This document shows positions 45,354 through 54,886 of a stretch of 64,000 bases of DNA, piece by piece. This DNA is from a virus: positions 3,658-67,657 of the IMG/VR virus record IMGVR_UViG_3300032374_000001. One strand, 5' to 3'. The notes beneath the pieces are model-generated. The model made no database searches and had not been told where the DNA came from. It was given only the letters and a program-made list of their open reading frames with translations. Both the position numbers and the translations under genes were made by a program. Every line of letters begins with the position of its first letter. The first letter of the stretch is position 1.

Positions 45354-46723
45354 CTATGTGCTAGGTGTGCCAGAGATGACCGGCTCGGGCGGCTTGATCT
45401 CACAGGTCATGAGGCTGCCGACCATGCTGATCGTGATACCACCGTGCTGGAACTCACCAACGCGGGTCAGTGCCTCGCGAGCATGGTCTGCGGCAACCCT
45501 GATCGCCTCCAGGCTGGCGAGGGCTTCATCCATCGCCGCCTTGTCGTACTTGAAGCCGAGACGCACGATCATCTCGGAAAGGGCGTCCGACGACGCCTTA
45601 TCGTTCTGTGCGGCGCTCATAACGTCTCACCCTTCAGGTATCTCGCGATCCGCTCCGCCCGGCACATCACATCCTCAACGGGAGCGTCGGGGAGTTCTTG
45701 GCGGGCTTTAACGAGGGCTCGGGCGAAATTGTCAGGGTCAGGCAGGCGTCCAACGCGCTCATGCGCAGCCGCACTGGAGTCGAAGCTTGTGCCCTGACGC
45801 TCGTGAGACACGCCCTACCCCTCCTTGGGCTGGTGAGCGATGCAGCCGAAGTCGGAGCGGGTGCGAAGCTCACCCCACTGCTCTTGACCCGAAGGTGAGA
45901 AACCCACCGCGAAGACGGCGGTGTCTATGTTTTTCGGACGCCCGAAGTCATCAGTGTGGGCCAGTGAACAAACTTGCCACTCCGCCCCAAGGATGCGAGC
46001 ACCGTCCTCCCCCCAATGCCGGCACGTCTCGCACTTCGGCATCTCGGTCGGCATCGTCAGCCCTCACCCGCCTCATCCAGATCCGCCGCCGTGATGGCAC
46101 GCCCGCCGACACGTGCAGCGATCTCGCCCAATTGCTCGGGCGTGAAATCAGCCTCGGCTCTCTCTGCGACAGCTCTCGTGGCATACATGCCGGGAAGCCA
46201 GGATTGCTCTCCGAGGATCATGTAGCTGTCTTCGACGGATTGGACGCTCATGAGAGGTGTCCGGCTCTGGCATCCTTCAGCCGATAGCCCGCATTGATCA
46301 CCAGCGCCGCATGCCGGTTGATGAGGCGATCCGGGACTGCGGCTGCCCTGACCTCAGCCTCACGACGCTCAGCCATCGAGCGGCAGACAGCAACGGCGCC
46401 GCGAGCGTGCGGGCTATCGTCCATCGCGAGGCTGTGAGAGGCGAGGCCGGCGGGGAGGGTCATGCCCAGCCATTGTCCTTAGCGATCTCGGCCACGCGCT
46501 CGCGACCAATGCGCGACGCTTCAGGCGAACCCGTGTAGACCATGACACCGAACTGATTGAACGGGCGCTCGGTAACGATGCCAGCGTTCACCAGCTCATT
46601 CATGGCAGGCCGAACCTTATCGAGCGTTGCGTGAGGTGGATGCGACTTCACCTCGCTTCCCTGCCCCATGGAGAACCAGCGGGCGCAGACATCGCGAGCA
46701 GCTTGGCTGACCTCTGCCATCAC
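45354..46723 (-). CDS. Run of six small hypothetical genes (45354-45620, 45617-45811, 45815-46054, 46057-46251, 46248-46463, 46460-46723)
   Basis: Back-to-back ORFs with 4-bp overlaps and RBS between late leader and terS. Confidence 0.65.
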
Positions 46724-46861
46724 GCCTCACCCTCCACACTCATCCGATCCGACACCGGCTTGCGCCTCTCGTCCCTGACGGCCTTGGCGAGATCGCGAGG
46801 AGAGAGGCCGTGATCTCGGGCGATGCGGAGGAGGGAGGCGGCGGCGGCGGAGGAGGGCCGG

Positions 46862-46990
46862 TCAGTTGTTTGTGAAGCCAACTGCCAGACCGAAGACAAT
46901 CAGCGCAGAAATGAGGACTGAAAGGGCGCCATATAGAAACTGGCGCATGTCATTCAGCGTCTCGCGCTCGGCAGACTTGAGCAGGTGCAT
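46862..46990 (-). CDS. 42-aa single-TM peptide
   Basis: MHLLKSAERETLNDMRQFLYGALSVLISALIVFGLAVGFTNN; GGACGAG RBS-like element. Confidence 0.5.
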   Translation of the reverse strand: MHLLKSAERETLNDMRQFLYGALSVLISALIVFGLAVGFTNN

Positions 46991-47009
46991 GGCTCTCGTC
47001 CTGCGGTAA

Positions 47010-47700
47010 GGGCTCGATGCGGGCCGGCAACCTACCTCCGGCTCCCTCCCCGCCTAGGTTCGGGGATATCACCTACCCGTGCGAAGACGGGCCGCATCGA
47101 TCTCGTCCACCACCCAAGCCGATCAGCGTCCGTGTGCAAGGAGGCGCTAAGGCTTGGTGCGCTGTCTGTGCGTGGGTGGGGATGGGAATTGGCGCGGCGG
47201 GCGCCTCGCTGTCGCAAAACGCCCGCCTGTGTAATGCCGAATGCCGGGCCTTCGCCGGCTCTAGCGCTGCCTCTGTAGACCGATCGCGTTGCCCGGGGGC
47301 TAGAGGCGCCGGCCATGTTGTGTGTCGATGCGTGCCGGCAGATATATCGGCCAAGAGGGGTGACGCCTGCCTCGCCGTTCAGCACGGGCCCCGAAGGGTG
47401 CGGAGGAGTGATCCTCGCGTGCTGAGGGCGACCCGATATGGTCCTCTCCGCATCGATCTCGTCCCAGCCTCTCGGCTGGATTGTCCTGCCCTGGCGCGAT
47501 GGGCGCGGGGCGAAAACAGTCAACTCTCCCGTCGCAAGGAAAGCGCTGGCCACCTGTGGCCCTAGCAATCTCCTCACGACCGGCTGCCGTCCCTATGGGG
47601 TTCTGCGCAGATGAGCGATGCTCGGGCGCTCGGGTCTTGGCCAACGGCCTAAGCTCAGCGAGCGCCTTAGTCGTGCACCGAACATGAATCGCTCAGCCGC
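47010..47700 (-). ncRNA. Candidate long structured late leader/ncRNA
   Basis: No credible ORF; dense nested hairpins; duplicated 16-nt and 17-nt motifs that pair with each other. Confidence 0.5.
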
Positions 47701-47708
47701 CAAGTCAA
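47680..47708 (-). promoter_or_regulatory. Putative late promoter
   Basis: TTGACT overlapping the NusG-paralogue stop codon, position analogous to lambda pR'; -10 weak. Confidence 0.4.
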
Positions 47709-48460
47709 CGGTTAGGGCGAATACCACCGCCTTTTTCCACAGGCGGACGCGTCGCGTTGCGAAGCCACTCGATCGGCGTCAGAACCGGCGTTGCCCGTCC
47801 GAATATGAGCGCCTCGATCTTGACGAGCGGACCGTCACCGTCCTCCGACGCCACGCCCTTGAACGATGCAAACGGCCCGCCGAGGATGTCCACGCTGTCG
47901 CCCTCGGCGAACGCCGGCAGCGGCACGATCTCGGCCTCGCCTGCCACGAGAGCGTCGCGCCTGTCGTCGTCGTACCAGCCCGTCGCCTCCTCGCGGGCCA
48001 TCTTGGCGATCGAGCCGCAGCGCATCGGCGCGGGCTTGCCGTTGTTGGTGACGATGCCGGCCACTTCCATGCGATTCCGGCCCAGCAGGTCGGTCTCGTA
48101 GAGCGGGTTCAGCGATTGCCCGTCCGTGATGCCGACGAACACGTAGCTACCCAGCAGCGGCGTCTGGATCTGCCGCCGAATGCGCAGGTCGCCTCGGCTC
48201 GACTCCCGCCAGTGCGTCCGCATCGGTGCATAGGCCTGAAGCCCGGCCGCCCTGATCTTGCGCACGGCGTGCGCCACACGGCCGGGCCTGGCCGACACGG
48301 CGTGCCACCACAGCCGCTTCTCGCCGGTCTCGATCCGGCACGGCTCGATCCGCTCGCAGAGCGGCAACGCGATCTCGCGCCGCTTCGCCAGCGGCACGCG
48401 GGAGAAATGGACGGGCGTCGCCTTGGCGGCGCCGTAACGGCCCAGGTGGGGGGTACTCAT
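47705..48460 (-). CDS. NusG/RfaH-family paralogue (NGN + KOW), probable late antiterminator
   Basis: WWHAV...PG...AYAPM...PLLGSYVFV (NGN); GD.V.ILGGPFASFKG...IFGRATPV (KOW). Confidence 0.9.
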   Translation of the reverse strand: MSTPHLGRYGAAKATPVHFSRVPLAKRREIALPLCERIEPCRIETGEKRLWWHAVSARPGRVAHAVRKIRAAGLQAYAPMRTHWRESSRGDLRIRRQIQTPLLGSYVFVGITDGQSLNPLYETDLLGRNRMEVAGIVTNNGKPAPMRCGSIAKMAREEATGWYDDDRRDALVAGEAEIVPLPAFAEGDSVDILGGPFASFKGVASEDGDGPLVKIEALIFGRATPVLTPIEWLRNATRPPVEKGGGIRPNR

Positions 48461-48533
48461 ACGCGGCGGCCTCTCTGGCACGAGGTCTGAAGGGCTCGCT
48501 CTCGACTTTCTGGTTCTCGCTCTCGCTTGGCCG

Positions 48534-49031
48534 TCAGGCCCCATGTTCCGGCCGCTGCGGCATCGTCACCGCGGCCGGGAAGTGGCGCTTCGCTTCCAGA
48601 ATGAAGCGAAAACCGTCGAGGCTGTGCAGGATGCCCGCGACTTCGTCGGGGGACAGCCACACCGCATCAGGGTAGAGCGCCGCCACGCGGTCCGCTGCTG
48701 CCACCTGATGCCCTATGGCGATCCGCAGTCCGGACGCCTCGTCGGAACCCAGCATGTAGGCATCGTCCTCGGCGCCCGCCGTCGTCATGACCTCGATCGC
48801 GCGCCGGTAGCCCCGCACCAGGGCCTCGCCTTGCGTCACGATCTCGTCGTCATCGTCGCCTCGGCAAGCCGTCGCCCATAGAGCAATCTGGCGTTGCATT
48901 CGACTGTGAATATCGGGTTCGACACGAGCTAGGGCGGCCAGCGTCCAGCGCGCTTCATAGGCCGTCGCGGCAGCCGTGATCTGCGTCGCTAGAGCGGTCA
49001 TCCGGCGCTCGAACCGCGTCTCCGCGCTCAT
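48534..49031 (-). CDS. Hypothetical protein
   Basis: 165 aa, typical position after primase. Confidence 0.75.
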   Translation of the reverse strand: MSAETRFERRMTALATQITAAATAYEARWTLAALARVEPDIHSRMQRQIALWATACRGDDDDEIVTQGEALVRGYRRAIEVMTTAGAEDDAYMLGSDEASGLRIAIGHQVAAADRVAALYPDAVWLSPDEVAGILHSLDGFRFILEAKRHFPAAVTMPQRPEHGA

Positions 49032-49044
49032 CGACGGGGCTCCG

Positions 49045-49303
49045 CGCAACAACACTTCTCGCTCCCACCCTTACTCTGGCTCAGAACCCTCTTTTTGCCC
49101 CTCTTTCTCATTTTCTCTCTCCCTACTTCCTCATGAGGAAAAAGAAGTGTTGCAGTGTTGCGGAAGAAGGAAAATCCCAGCCGAGCCAGTAGCTTAAGGG
49201 CGCCACACTTCCGCAACAGATCGGCAATCCGCAACACATCGTTCTGTGGCGCCCATCCGAGCGCAACAGAAGAAGTGTTGCGCTTTTCGAGATGTGTTGC
49301 GGA
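49045..49303. repeat. Iteron cluster (TGTTGCG/CGCAACA), putative replication origin
   Basis: About eight copies in both orientations plus a pyrimidine/purine-skewed AT-richer tract, directly after the primase gene. Confidence 0.7.
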
Positions 49304-49316
49304 GATGTGTGGCACC

Positions 49317-51992
49317 TCAGAACTCCGTCCGGCGAGCCGCGGCAGGGGCCGGAACGCCATCGAACCGGCGGTTTACGTCATGCTCGCGTGACGAGTATCC
49401 TTTGGTCCCGTTGGACAGCGGATCGAGCTTGTGATCCTCCCAAAACCGGAGCCCGGCGCCGTTCATGCGGATGCCGGTGATGAACCGCTCGCCGTCGTGC
49501 GCCTGTTCGCCTTCCATATTGGCGTAAGGCGCGAGTTGTCGGACCTGTGGGAAGAACTGGCGCCCACCCCAGGCGCGCGCGTCGGCACCCATTTCCTCGC
49601 GCTGCCAGCCGTTGAACGAGCAGCGCAAGTCGTTGCGGGAGACCTTGCAGGTCGGGTCTTTCTCGATCGCGACCGACATCCAGGCAGCCACCGGGTTGTT
49701 GTCGTCCCGGAACCGGCGGTTGGCCTCCTTGACGCTGGCCGGCGGGTCGTAGCGACCGCGAGCCCGCAGGCGGTCGAGACCATCAAGCGCCCAGTTCAGG
49801 ATGCCTGGCCCCTCGCGACGCGCGATCTCCTCCCCGACAAGACTGTCTGGAGACAGTCCCAGCGCCTCGCGTGCAGCCCGAGCTTCGTGCTCCTCGACGA
49901 CGTTCGTCATCTCGATCACGATGCAGCGGTTATAGATCGCCTCCGACGAGTCGCGCGCCCGCGGCATCGCGTTGGTCGTCAAGAGGACGGGTATCTCGAA
50001 GTTCGTATCGATCGGCGTCCGGTTCTTCCGGTTCACCGTGACGCCCTCCCCCGTCACCAGCACCTTGAAGCGGATGGGATCGACGTGGTCGCGCTCGGAC
50101 ACGGCGTCGTCGCGAATCCAGGCCCGCGATCCGAGCAGGATCTGCATCCCGAAATCACCCGTCACGTCGGCGACCGACGGCGACGCGATCGGATCGCCGA
50201 TCATGCGCCGCGCCACGGTCGAGAGCTGCGTCTTGCCGGTGCGTGACGGCCCGAGCACGAACAGCGCCTTTCGCTCCTCGCGGACCAGCATCTTGACCGA
50301 CAGCATGGCGCCGAAGGCTTCCTGCATTGTCGCGATGACGCCGGCCCGCTCCTCAGTGCCGAGGTTCGTGAAGCAGGAGTCGAGGAAGCGCAGGAAGATC
50401 GGGCATTCAGCACCTGGCTCGTAGGGCTGGCCGATCTTGGACCGACACCACGCGTCCGGCCGATACTGACCCAACGCGCGCGTGCGAAGGTCCAGCAGCC
50501 CGTTGGCCGTGGCGACGAGGCCGCCACCATCCCAGGTCACGCGACGCTGGTGCAGGCCAGGATGTTCATTCAACCGTTTCCAGGCTGCGTTCGCCGTCTT
50601 CGTGTCGCCTGCACACCCGAGATCATCGCAGCCGGTCTGAATGAGCGTGCGGAGCCACTGCTCGTCGGCTGGCGCGCAGGCTCGCCACACACCTTCCTCG
50701 TACAACCAGACCTCGCCCTCGGTCAGAGCGATGTCCATGCCGGCGCGTCGGATCACCTCCACGACGCCGTCCGCGACGGCCACCGGGACCGCGGCCTTGC
50801 CTGTCGGCGCCTTCGGTTCGCGCTCCTTCTTACGCTTCTGGCGCTCCTCGCCGAGATTGTGGACGACAGCGCCGGTCGAGGCCTCACGGACCTCGACTTC
50901 GCCCTTAAAGGAATCGCCCCTATCTACCTCGCGCGCTTGCGCTCTCGGCCGCTCTGGCGCCTTAAGGGAATCGGTCTTGTTCATGACTTCGGGGTGCTTC
51001 TTCACCCAATCCGAGCACATGCCGCGGATCACTTTCTCCTCGCGATCCCAGCGCCAGCGGGCGCCGTCCTCGCCGGCTGCGGCCTTGGTCGCTTCCAGAA
51101 GCAGATCGATCACGTCCTCTGCATCCTCGCCGCGCGCCAAGAGTGACGCCGAGACGGCGAGCTGAGTGTTGTGAATCGAGGCTTCGCCGACGCCTTGATA
51201 TGACATCGCGGCAAGGCGCTGCTCGACATCGACCGGCGGCTTGAAGCCGAGTTTGGCGGCAGCGGCGAGAAAGGGGTTGTCGAAGGCCTGGACCGCGGCT
51301 GTACCGTCCTTGCGCACGACGGCTTTGCGCCGGATCGCCGGCCCGGCCCGGTCCAGCCATTCCTCAAGGTCGCCAAGTTCGTATCGCGCGGTCAGGTGCA
51401 TATGCACGACCTCGCACGGCAGCGACGCACCCTCCTTAGTGTTCCGACTGCCCGGCAAGCGCATTAGGCGGGTGACGTCCTGCACCGGGTCGCCACCTAC
51501 GAGGTCCGAGATGCGGGCGTTCATCGCCTCGATCTGAACGATAGAGTCCTCGTCAGCCTCGATCGGCTCGTTCAGGAGCCAGTAGCTGTGCGCGCCGCGG
51601 CCGGACCAAACGATGATCGAGGGCGGCATCTCCAGCGCCAGCAGGGCGGCGATGACGGCCTCGCGGTTAATCTCGATCGACTTCAGATCGGTGTCGCCGT
51701 GCAGGCATACGATCTCGGCGACGTTGGCCTTGCAGCGGACGGACTTGCCCGGCTCCGGCGGCTTCGCGTCCGGCCGCAGCGTGGAGACGCAGAAGAAGGT
51801 GCCGCGGCCCGCCCGGTCGTACTTGCGGGCGTGACCGTCAATGGAGAGCCGGTCGCGGCCGAGATAGGCGCGCTCGGGCCCGTCGCCACGCTCGTTGGCG
51901 AGCGACGTGACGAAAACGGGCGCGACCGATCCGGCGCCGAAAAAGGCAGCCAGGAATTCGGACGGCGTCGAAGGGAGCTTGCCTGGCATCAC
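49317..51992 (-). CDS. Primase-helicase (RepB-type primase N-terminal, D5/P4-type SF3 helicase C-terminal)
   Basis: HGDTD, SG.G.HSYW, RLMRLPGS.N.K; Walker A GPSRTGKT; FK.L.TGE.V...RK; LLTTN..P. Confidence 0.93.
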   Translation of the reverse strand: MMPGKLPSTPSEFLAAFFGAGSVAPVFVTSLANERGDGPERAYLGRDRLSIDGHARKYDRAGRGTFFCVSTLRPDAKPPEPGKSVRCKANVAEIVCLHGDTDLKSIEINREAVIAALLALEMPPSIIVWSGRGAHSYWLLNEPIEADEDSIVQIEAMNARISDLVGGDPVQDVTRLMRLPGSRNTKEGASLPCEVVHMHLTARYELGDLEEWLDRAGPAIRRKAVVRKDGTAAVQAFDNPFLAAAAKLGFKPPVDVEQRLAAMSYQGVGEASIHNTQLAVSASLLARGEDAEDVIDLLLEATKAAAGEDGARWRWDREEKVIRGMCSDWVKKHPEVMNKTDSLKAPERPRAQAREVDRGDSFKGEVEVREASTGAVVHNLGEERQKRKKEREPKAPTGKAAVPVAVADGVVEVIRRAGMDIALTEGEVWLYEEGVWRACAPADEQWLRTLIQTGCDDLGCAGDTKTANAAWKRLNEHPGLHQRRVTWDGGGLVATANGLLDLRTRALGQYRPDAWCRSKIGQPYEPGAECPIFLRFLDSCFTNLGTEERAGVIATMQEAFGAMLSVKMLVREERKALFVLGPSRTGKTQLSTVARRMIGDPIASPSVADVTGDFGMQILLGSRAWIRDDAVSERDHVDPIRFKVLVTGEGVTVNRKNRTPIDTNFEIPVLLTTNAMPRARDSSEAIYNRCIVIEMTNVVEEHEARAAREALGLSPDSLVGEEIARREGPGILNWALDGLDRLRARGRYDPPASVKEANRRFRDDNNPVAAWMSVAIEKDPTCKVSRNDLRCSFNGWQREEMGADARAWGGRQFFPQVRQLAPYANMEGEQAHDGERFITGIRMNGAGLRFWEDHKLDPLSNGTKGYSSREHDVNRRFDGVPAPAAARRTEF

Positions 51993-52058
51993 GCACCCGA
52001 GTCATTCACGCAGGGGCCGGAGGGGCGCTGGCACGCTCCTCCGGTTACGGTGTTCAGG

Positions 52059-52811
52059 CTAGAACTGGGCGCTGGGGGCGGTCGTCTTGGTGCGACCGCC
52101 CTTGCCCTTCACGGGCTCGGACGGCGCCTCGTCAAAAGGGGCGTCTTCCCCACCCTCCTTGCGCTCGGCCTGCGCGGCGTTCTCGGCGGCCAGCGCGTCC
52201 TCAATCGACGCCTTGTCGGTCCAGCCGACCACGTCGAGCTTGGGCGTAAAGATCTTGCCGTACGACTTGTTGGGGTGCTTGTAGCTGTCCACGTTCAGCG
52301 CCACGACGGGGTAGTCGTTCGGGCGCTGGCGCATCTGCTTGCCGTAGGCCTTGCACAGAGCCGCCACAGCGCCGAGACCGCCCTTGGACGAGGTGGCGAA
52401 CGTGTAGAGCTTGTCGCCGTCCGGCTCCTTCAGGATGAGGTAGTTGGTCTTCTGCCAGGGGTCTCGCGGCTGGCCGGTTTGCTCGTCGCGCTCCCACTCG
52501 TCCTCGTCCGTGTCGCCGAGATCGGCACGGCGCGGAGGATCGAAGCCCTCGGCGACGCGGCCCATCTGCATGTCGGTGGGCTTGCCGCCTTCCCAGCGGA
52601 CCCAGCCGACCATCAGCTCGCCCATGTTGGCGACGAGTTCGGTGCCCTCGGCGACCTCATCACCGTTCTGGCCTGCGAGGTATTCGCCCTTGCTGAACTT
52701 CAGCAGGTCGCCGACGATGCGGTTCTGATCTGCGGCCTCGGCGTAGGCCTCGAAGAAATTGCGCTCCGGAACGGCGAGCGCCCCGCTTTTGTATTCGGTC
52801 ATCGCGTTCAT
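52059..52811 (-). CDS. ssDNA-binding/annealing protein (probable)
   Basis: LLKF.KG.Y, GWVRW, DPWQ, YKHPNKSYG...P.L.VVGW; acidic tail ending in F. Confidence 0.65.
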   Translation of the reverse strand: MNAMTEYKSGALAVPERNFFEAYAEAADQNRIVGDLLKFSKGEYLAGQNGDEVAEGTELVANMGELMVGWVRWEGGKPTDMQMGRVAEGFDPPRRADLGDTDEDEWERDEQTGQPRDPWQKTNYLILKEPDGDKLYTFATSSKGGLGAVAALCKAYGKQMRQRPNDYPVVALNVDSYKHPNKSYGKIFTPKLDVVGWTDKASIEDALAAENAAQAERKEGGEDAPFDEAPSEPVKGKGGRTKTTAPSAQF

Positions 52812-52852
52812 GGTGATGGCTCTCGTCTACGAATGCGGCCTGCGCCGCGGGG

Positions 52853-53932
52853 TTACCCGGCAGTCGCCGGGATCTCGGAAAAAGTGATGGCAAGGCGATC
52901 GGAGGGGTCGCCGACGCGGCTGAAGCGTTCGACATCGACGCCGGCCGCAATGGCCGCCTCGCGGATGCCCTTGTTGTCCCAGGACGGCCTGCCCTTCAGA
53001 GGCGACCAGCGCACCGCAACACCGTCATGGTCGATCCGACGCGTGCCAGCCGCCGACAGCATGGCTCGAAGCTCCTCTTCGGCCTCGCGCGCCGCATCCA
53101 TCTTGGCGTCGGCTGCCTCGCGATGTTCGCGGGCGATCCGGGCGAGAGACGCGATAGTGTCGGCCAGCGCCGGGTCTACGGCATCCGCGCCGGACGGCAC
53201 CCGATCCGCGCGGGCCCGCCCGCAGGCGCGCGTGAAGGCGCAATGCTCGCATTCCTGCCCGCCGGCGATGACGCCTTCGGGCTTCAGGTCGGAGGCCGCC
53301 GTCGCGAGCATGATGTCCCGTGCGCGCTTGCGGCCTTCCTCGAACACCGCCTCGTCGTAGGCGACCGGAAATTCCTTGCCCTCGTCCCAGAACGAGGCGT
53401 CGGTGTAGGACAGCAGAGCGTAAGCAGGCCGGTAATTCGTCAGCGCCCGCACCAGCCCCATGTTGCAGCAGACTTGAAACACGTGTTCGGGCTTCGGCGC
53501 GTCGAGGCGCGTGCGTGGATCGACCGTCTTGGCGTCGAGGAGCACGCTGTCGCCGCCGATGTCGGCGACGCCGAGCCTCGCGAGTGCGCCCACCGGCTGC
53601 TCTATCAGCAGCCCGTCGGGTGTGCCGGACAGAAAGCCGTCAACGAAGGTCCGCTGGCTGTCGCCGACGAACAAAGCCTGCTCACCGAACCGGGCCCGCA
53701 CGGCCGGGGCCCAAAATGCATCCTCGAACACCGAGCCGCGCTTGCGAGCGCCCCAGCCATCAATGTGATCTGCATCGCGCTTGAGCCCGAGGACGCTGTC
53801 GGCCTCGTTCTTCGAGAACCAGACTTTGCGAGCGCACTGCCCGACCTCGGAAGCACCGACGGTCTGCGTGCGGTCTTGGGCCCAGACCCGATCCGAGGTC
53901 GCTGCGTAGGCGTTGAGAGCTTCGCGGATCAT
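52853..53932 (-). CDS. Cas4/PD-(D/E)XK-like exonuclease with probable 4Fe-4S cluster
   Basis: GASEVGQC, GTPDG, DAKT, Q...M, CEHC.....C. Confidence 0.82.
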   Translation of the reverse strand: MIREALNAYAATSDRVWAQDRTQTVGASEVGQCARKVWFSKNEADSVLGLKRDADHIDGWGARKRGSVFEDAFWAPAVRARFGEQALFVGDSQRTFVDGFLSGTPDGLLIEQPVGALARLGVADIGGDSVLLDAKTVDPRTRLDAPKPEHVFQVCCNMGLVRALTNYRPAYALLSYTDASFWDEGKEFPVAYDEAVFEEGRKRARDIMLATAASDLKPEGVIAGGQECEHCAFTRACGRARADRVPSGADAVDPALADTIASLARIAREHREAADAKMDAAREAEEELRAMLSAAGTRRIDHDGVAVRWSPLKGRPSWDNKGIREAAIAAGVDVERFSRVGDPSDRLAITFSEIPATAG

Positions 53933-54390
53933 CGGCCGTCGAGCCCCATCAGCGTCTTGATTTGGCTGTAAGCCTTCGGCGGTTCCATCCACGGAATCTC
54001 GTCGTCGAAGGGCGGCAGCCCGTTCTTTTCGCGACAGCGGACGATGCCCGTCGAGATGATGGCGAGCAGCGTGTGCCGGTCATCGATCGACATCTTCGCC
54101 ATCCACGTCGATCGCTCTACTGCCTTGATGAGGGCCGGCGCCGACGACAGGGTCATCTTGTCGAGGAATGTGACGATGCCGCGGACCTCGCGGCCGTGCT
54201 CGCCAACGAGAAGAGCGTCGCGCTTCTGTTTCTTCCAGCGCTGATAGAGTTTGGACAGAACCTGCTCGTCCTTCAGCTCTCGCTCGGCCTGCGCTCGCGC
54301 CTTGGCTCGCTTTTCGGCGGCATCGAGCTTCCGCTTGACCGGAGCGGGCGTCTGCGCATCGGCGATCGCGTCGAAGAAGGTCGCACTCAT
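53929..54390 (-). CDS. Hypothetical protein
   Basis: Coupled ORF; GLPPFDD..P motif. Confidence 0.75.
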   Translation of the reverse strand: MSATFFDAIADAQTPAPVKRKLDAAEKRAKARAQAERELKDEQVLSKLYQRWKKQKRDALLVGEHGREVRGIVTFLDKMTLSSAPALIKAVERSTWMAKMSIDDRHTLLAIISTGIVRCREKNGLPPFDDEIPWMEPPKAYSQIKTLMGLDGR

Positions 54391-54563
54391 GACGTGAGGC
54401 CTTCTCGAATGGCCGAGCGGATCAGCGTCTCGATCCGTTCGATGCAGATCTGCTCAATGACGACGTGAACATCGCCTTCCCAATCGACCTCGACCACGTC
54501 CTCGACATGGTCCTCAATGACCTTGGCAATATCGCGAGCGAGATCATAGGCAGACGTGCTCAT
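54387..54563 (-). CDS. Small acidic hypothetical protein
   Basis: GGAG RBS; ATGA overlaps. Confidence 0.55.
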   Translation of the reverse strand: MSTSAYDLARDIAKVIEDHVEDVVEVDWEGDVHVVIEQICIERIETLIRSAIREGLTS

Positions 54564-54883
54564 CTGACCTTCTCCGGCTTCGAGAGCGGCGTAGGATGTT
54601 CGGAAGCCTCGAAATACTTGCAGGCTAGAGCGTTGTGCGGGATCGGCCGGCCCCAGGCGCGCATGAGTTGCTTGTATTTCGCGCAAGGGCTCGGCTTCGG
54701 CGGCCCGCCGTCGGCCTTCCAGAGCTTGCAGTGCTGCCAGTACGCACACTCCCGGCACGTGGCGCCCGTCGGTCCGCTGCCCGCAAGGTGCGCCTGCCCG
54801 ACATGCGTGACTGATGCGGCCGAAACGAACGCGTTTTCGGGCCCTTCGCGGTTCAGGCCATAGGTGAGCGGAAACAACGACAT
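54560..54883 (-). CDS. Cys-motif hypothetical protein
   Basis: TCREC..W, PC.KY, AC.YF. Confidence 0.7.
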   Translation of the reverse strand: MSLFPLTYGLNREGPENAFVSAASVTHVGQAHLAGSGPTGATCRECAYWQHCKLWKADGGPPKPSPCAKYKQLMRAWGRPIPHNALACKYFEASEHPTPLSKPEKVR

Positions 54884-54886
54884 GGC

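Noticed and set aside
47017-47577. ORFs 47017-47565 (+) and 47032-47577 (-) as real genes
   Set aside because: Arg/Pro/Gly/Ala-rich GC-shadow composition, no recognisable motif; the paired repeats are better explained as RNA structure, though coding is not excluded
47010-47700. tRNA genes or a SAM-I riboswitch (GGCAACC at 47025)
   Set aside because: No TTCGA T-loop with acceptor stem and CCA on either strand; other SAM-I core elements absent
52853-53932. Cas4 as part of a CRISPR-Cas locus
   Set aside because: No cas1/cas2 and no repeat-spacer array anywhere in the window; solo Cas4-like nucleases are common in phages
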